From a bacterium (GTDB lineage: Bacteria; Sysuimicrobiota; Sysuimicrobiia; Sysuimicrobiales; Humicultoraceae): DNA of 41,588 nucleotides. The translations under genes and the position numbers were made by a program. Below, piece after piece: positions 38,887 through 41,588 of the stretch (position 1 is the stretch's first letter; each line of letters opens with the position of its first letter). The stretch covers positions 1 to 41,588 of the forward strand of contig JBGQGY010000015.1 in the NCBI GenBank assembly GCA_041497675.1. The letters are read 5' to 3'. The notes under the pieces were generated by a model that made no database searches, was not told where the DNA came from, and saw only the letters and a list, made by a program, of their open reading frames with translations.

Positions 38887-39932
38887 CCGCCGGTGTCCGG
38901 CAACGGCCGGTAGTACCGGTGTCCGGCGGCGGCCCACTCCCTGGACATCTGCCGGAACTCCGGGCCCATGGGATCGATCCCCCGCATCGGCATGCTGCCG
39001 CGGCGGATCGTAAAGTCGTGTGGCGCCAGTTCGCCGGCCCGGATGAAGTGCCGGTTGGCGGCTTCCGCGCGACCGTGTTCGAACAACCACCTCGCCAGTC
39101 CGAACTCGGCGCGGGCCTGCTGCTCTGTCGCCGTGGGCAGACGTTGCCAGGCGCGCACCTGCGTCTCCTCGAGCGCCGGCCGGTCTCCCCGCACCCACGC
39201 CCGCAGCATCTCGAGGTATCGCGCCGAGTCCAACCCCGTGATGCGACGGAATCGATCATCGCCAAATGCGACGTCGTTGGGGCGGACGATGCGACCGCGC
39301 TCATCGATCCATATGACCGTTGGCACGTTGACGATGTGGTAGAGATCGGGTAGGCGAAACCCGGTATCGATTAATGATGGGTGGGTCGGGTGGGCGGCTT
39401 CGATCCACGGCCGCGCATCCTCGGGACTCTTGTCCAGCGCGACGGTGATGACCACGAAGCCGAGGTCTTTGAGTTCCTCATAGACCGCCTGCCAGACCGG
39501 CAGGTCGACGCGGCATCCTCACCACGAGGCGTAGGCGACCAGCATGACCTTTCGGCCTCGCTGGTCGCGTAACGTGTGGAGCCGGCCGCCGAGATCTGGG
39601 AGCGTGAAGTCCGGGGCCTCGAGCGACGCCAGCGCGAGGCACCGCTCCTCGACGGGGGCGCCGAGGTACGCCGCGCCCTCTTCGACGTCCAGAGCCAACG
39701 GGCGGCACAACATCTCCGCGATGTCGGCCAGGTCGAGACCGAGGGGATCGCGCGAAGCACCGTGCCTCAGCGGGACGCACACGTCGCCCCGGCACAACCC
39801 TTCTGCCTTGAGCTCCCAACCGAGCGCCGCCTGAACGGCGCCGTCGGGAAGCCGAACCTCGACCCCATCGACCTGCGCCGGCACGGCGACCGGGCGCCCG
39901 TCGTCGATGATCACAAACGGTTGTTCTGGCAC
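38883..39932 (-). CDS. Selenoprotein, thioredoxin-fold TlpA/ResA-like redoxin (YASW-Sec-GC)
   Basis: ORFs 39519..39983 and 38883..39455 are in frame and joined by TGA at 39519-39521: APDFTLPDL...KVMLVAYASW*GCRVDLPVWQAVYEELKDLGFVVITVALD...NVPTVIWIDERG. A SECIS-like hairpin follows. GTG start at 39932 is inferred from promoter position; 39983 is the alternative. Confidence 0.85.
39488..39504 (-). other. Bacterial SECIS-like hairpin
   Basis: CCTGCC-GGTCT-GGCAGG begins 14 nt after the UGA. The apical loop GGUCU is 20 nt downstream of the UGA and resembles the E. coli fdhF SECIS loop. Confidence 0.7.
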
Positions 39933-39941
39933 ACTGGGATA

Positions 39942-39969
39942 ATTCGGTGGCGCGATGCCGGCCGCCTCT
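39942..39969 (-). promoter_or_regulatory. sigmaH-like promoter AGAGGC-N18-GAAT upstream of the selenoprotein
   Basis: Recurrent motif, 9 nt before the SD-less GTG at 39932. Confidence 0.4.
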
Positions 39970-39995
39970 GCGCCGCGGCGCACGGCGGCCGCGGG

Positions 39996-41588
39996 CTATG
40001 GTCCGGGCTGCCCGGGCGTTGAAGACGCCGGCGTGTGCCGGCCCCCTGCATCGCGGCGGGGGAGCCGCTGTTCGACCGCTTCGAGCACCTCTTGCACTTC
40101 GCGGACCACGTCGCGCCACGCGCCGCCGACCTGACCCATCTGCCGGAACTTCCGATATCGTGCATCGAGCAGCCGCTCGGGCCGCAGCCGGCTCAGATCG
40201 GCCAGCGCCGCCGAGACGTACCGTTTCACCTGGTCGGCCGCCTCGTTGTGGTTGGAGTGCGCGCCGCCAAACGGTTCTGGGATGATCCCATCGATCACGC
40301 CGAGACGCAGCAGGTCGGCCGCCGTCAGTTTGAGCGCCGCCGCGACTTCGGGCGCGTGTGACGCGTCACCATACAGGATGACCGAGGCCGCCTCGGGTGA
40401 GATCACCGAATAGAACGCGTATTCCTGCATGATGATGCGATCGCCGGCGGCCAGCGCCAGCGCGCCGCCGCTGCCGCCCTCGCCGATCACCACCGAAACG
40501 ATCGGTGTCTCGAGCAGCGCCATCCCCATCAGGTTTTGCGCGAGCGCCTGCGCAATGCCGCGCCGCTCGGCCTCATAGCCCGGATACGCGCCGGGCGTAT
40601 CGACGAACGTGATCAGCGGGAGACGAAACTTCGAGGCCAGCTGCATCAACCGTAGGGCCTCCCGGTAGCCCTCCGGATAGGCCATCCCGCGATGCTTCGC
40701 CGACGACGGATCCTTCGTCCCCGTGCGGTCTTGCCCAATGACCACCACGGTTTGTCCTTCGATCTCGCCAAGGCCGCCGACGATCACCGGGTCGTCGCCA
40801 AACAGCCGGTCACCATGTAGTTCGACGAAGGACATCACGATCCGCCGGATGTAGTCGCGCAGCGCCGGCCGCTGCGGGTGGCGCGCGATCTGGACGACGT
40901 CCCAGGCTGACGGTGGAGGGCCATCGGCCCGTGGGGTGGCGGGCAGACGCGTCGTTCGCCGTTGGCGCAACGGGCGACGCCGCAGGTGACGGACCAGGTA
41001 CCCCAGGGTCTTGCGCAACTGCTGCCGGTGCGTCAACAAATCGACCATGCCACGTTCGAAGAGCCGCTCGGCAAGATGGGAATCGTCCGGCAGGACCTCC
41101 CCCATGGTCACCTCGATCACCCGCCGCCCGACAAAACCGATTTGCGCCCCGGGCTCGGCGATGAGCACGTCGCCCAGCGACCCAAAGCTGGCCGTCACGC
41201 CGCCGAAGCTCGGATGGCTGAAGACGGTGATCTGCGCGAGACCGGCGGCATGATGTCGCGCCCGCGCCGCCGCGGTCTTCGCCATCTGTACCAGCGAGAG
41301 CATGCCCTCTTGCATGCGCGCGCCGCCCGTGCTGGTAATCGCGATCACGGGAAGGCGCCGGCGAGTCGCGACTTCAAAGGCGTTGGCGATCTTCTCGCCG
41401 ACGACCGATCCCATCGTCCCGCCGAGAAACCTGAACTCGAAGACCGCGAGCACCACCGGCAGGCCGTCGATCTTGGCCTGCCCGACGACCACCGCCTCCC
41501 GCAGGCCCGTGCGCTTTCGCGCCTCCATCAGCCGCGTGCGGTAGGTACGTTGGTCGGCGAAGTGCAGCGGGTCGACCGAGATCAGGCG
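39996..41588 (-). CDS. accDA: Fused acetyl-CoA carboxylase carboxyltransferase beta/alpha (AccD-AccA), 5' end outside the window
   Basis: The frame stays open to the window edge (RLISVDPLHFADQRTY). Beta motifs FLGGTMGSVVGEK, GGARMQEG and GGVTASF, a basic/Pro linker, then alpha motifs ARHPQRP, ELHGDR, DTPGAYPG, GEGGSGGAL and YSVISPE. Confidence 0.92.
   Translation of the reverse strand, partial: RLISVDPLHFADQRTYRTRLMEARKRTGLREAVVVGQAKIDGLPVVLAVFEFRFLGGTMGSVVGEKIANAFEVATRRRLPVIAITSTGGARMQEGMLSLVQMAKTAAARARHHAAGLAQITVFSHPSFGGVTASFGSLGDVLIAEPGAQIGFVGRRVIEVTMGEVLPDDSHLAERLFERGMVDLLTHRQQLRKTLGYLVRHLRRRPLRQRRTTRLPATPRADGPPPSAWDVVQIARHPQRPALRDYIRRIVMSFVELHGDRLFGDDPVIVGGLGEIEGQTVVVIGQDRTGTKDPSSAKHRGMAYPEGYREALRLMQLASKFRLPLITFVDTPGAYPGYEAERRGIAQALAQNLMGMALLETPIVSVVIGEGGSGGALALAAGDRIIMQEYAFYSVISPEAASVILYGDASHAPEVAAALKLTAADLLRLGVIDGIIPEPFGGAHSNHNEAADQVKRYVSAALADLSRLRPERLLDARYRKFRQMGQVGGAWRDVVREVQEVLEAVEQRLPRRDAGGRHTPASSTPGQPGP

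Noticed and set aside
39519..39521. Reading the in-frame TGA as a pseudogene lesion or as two separate genes
   Set aside because: The stop falls exactly at the redox-active position and is followed by a SECIS-like hairpin. The downstream half has no independent RBS.
45..41544. Many long antisense or alternate-frame ORFs in the track (e.g. 45..980+, 6337..7644+, 7641..8921+, 20862..21998+, 25527..26858+, 29107..30672-)
   Set aside because: They are shadows of real genes caused by high GC3. They have no family motifs or RBS and are Arg/Pro/Gly-rich.
1..41588. CRISPR arrays, tRNA/rRNA, integrases, transposases, phage or anti-phage defence genes
   Set aside because: No spaced direct repeats, cloverleaf-like sequences or diagnostic protein motifs were seen. 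Intergenic gaps are short and accounted for by promoters and terminators.

Overview
GC-rich bacterial chromosomal segment of about 39 genes, mainly metabolic. No rRNA, tRNA, CRISPR array or mobile element was seen. Main content: (1) a complete form I aerobic Mo-Cu carbon monoxide dehydrogenase cluster on the minus strand (coxG2-coxM2, then coxM-S-L with the AYRCSFR motif, coxF-like XdhC fused to a YHS domain, coxG, coxD, coxE, a second XdhC and mocA); (2) a probable pyrimidine/hydantoin utilisation region (hydA, aldehyde dehydrogenase, NMT1/THI5-type ABC importer) with a 1001-aa membrane protein carrying a Cys-less transglutaminase-like core lying antisense between hydA and the aldehyde dehydrogenase; (3) a second, non-CODH molybdo-hydroxylase (order L-M-S, PYRGAGR motif) translationally coupled to DUF2877, an MFS transporter, a GNAT and an ACAD10/11-type kinase; (4) DUF47/PiT phosphate transport, two acyl-CoA dehydrogenases, an SLH-SPOR-NAGPA surface protein, a membrane-anchored serine hydrolase and a fused accD-accA. 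Three items are not visible in the ORF track. First, a self-contained ~150-nt transcription unit (promoter, 5' hairpin, strong RBS, terminator) encoding the 11-aa peptide MAKKAKKKKGK at 3750-3785(-). Second, a selenoprotein split by an in-frame UGA (YASW-U-GC) with a SECIS-like hairpin at 38883-39932(-). Third, a recurrent sigmaH-like promoter motif AGG(N)-N17/18-GAA in front of about 12 genes, several of them apparently (near-)leaderless. All product calls come from motif recognition, not database searches.
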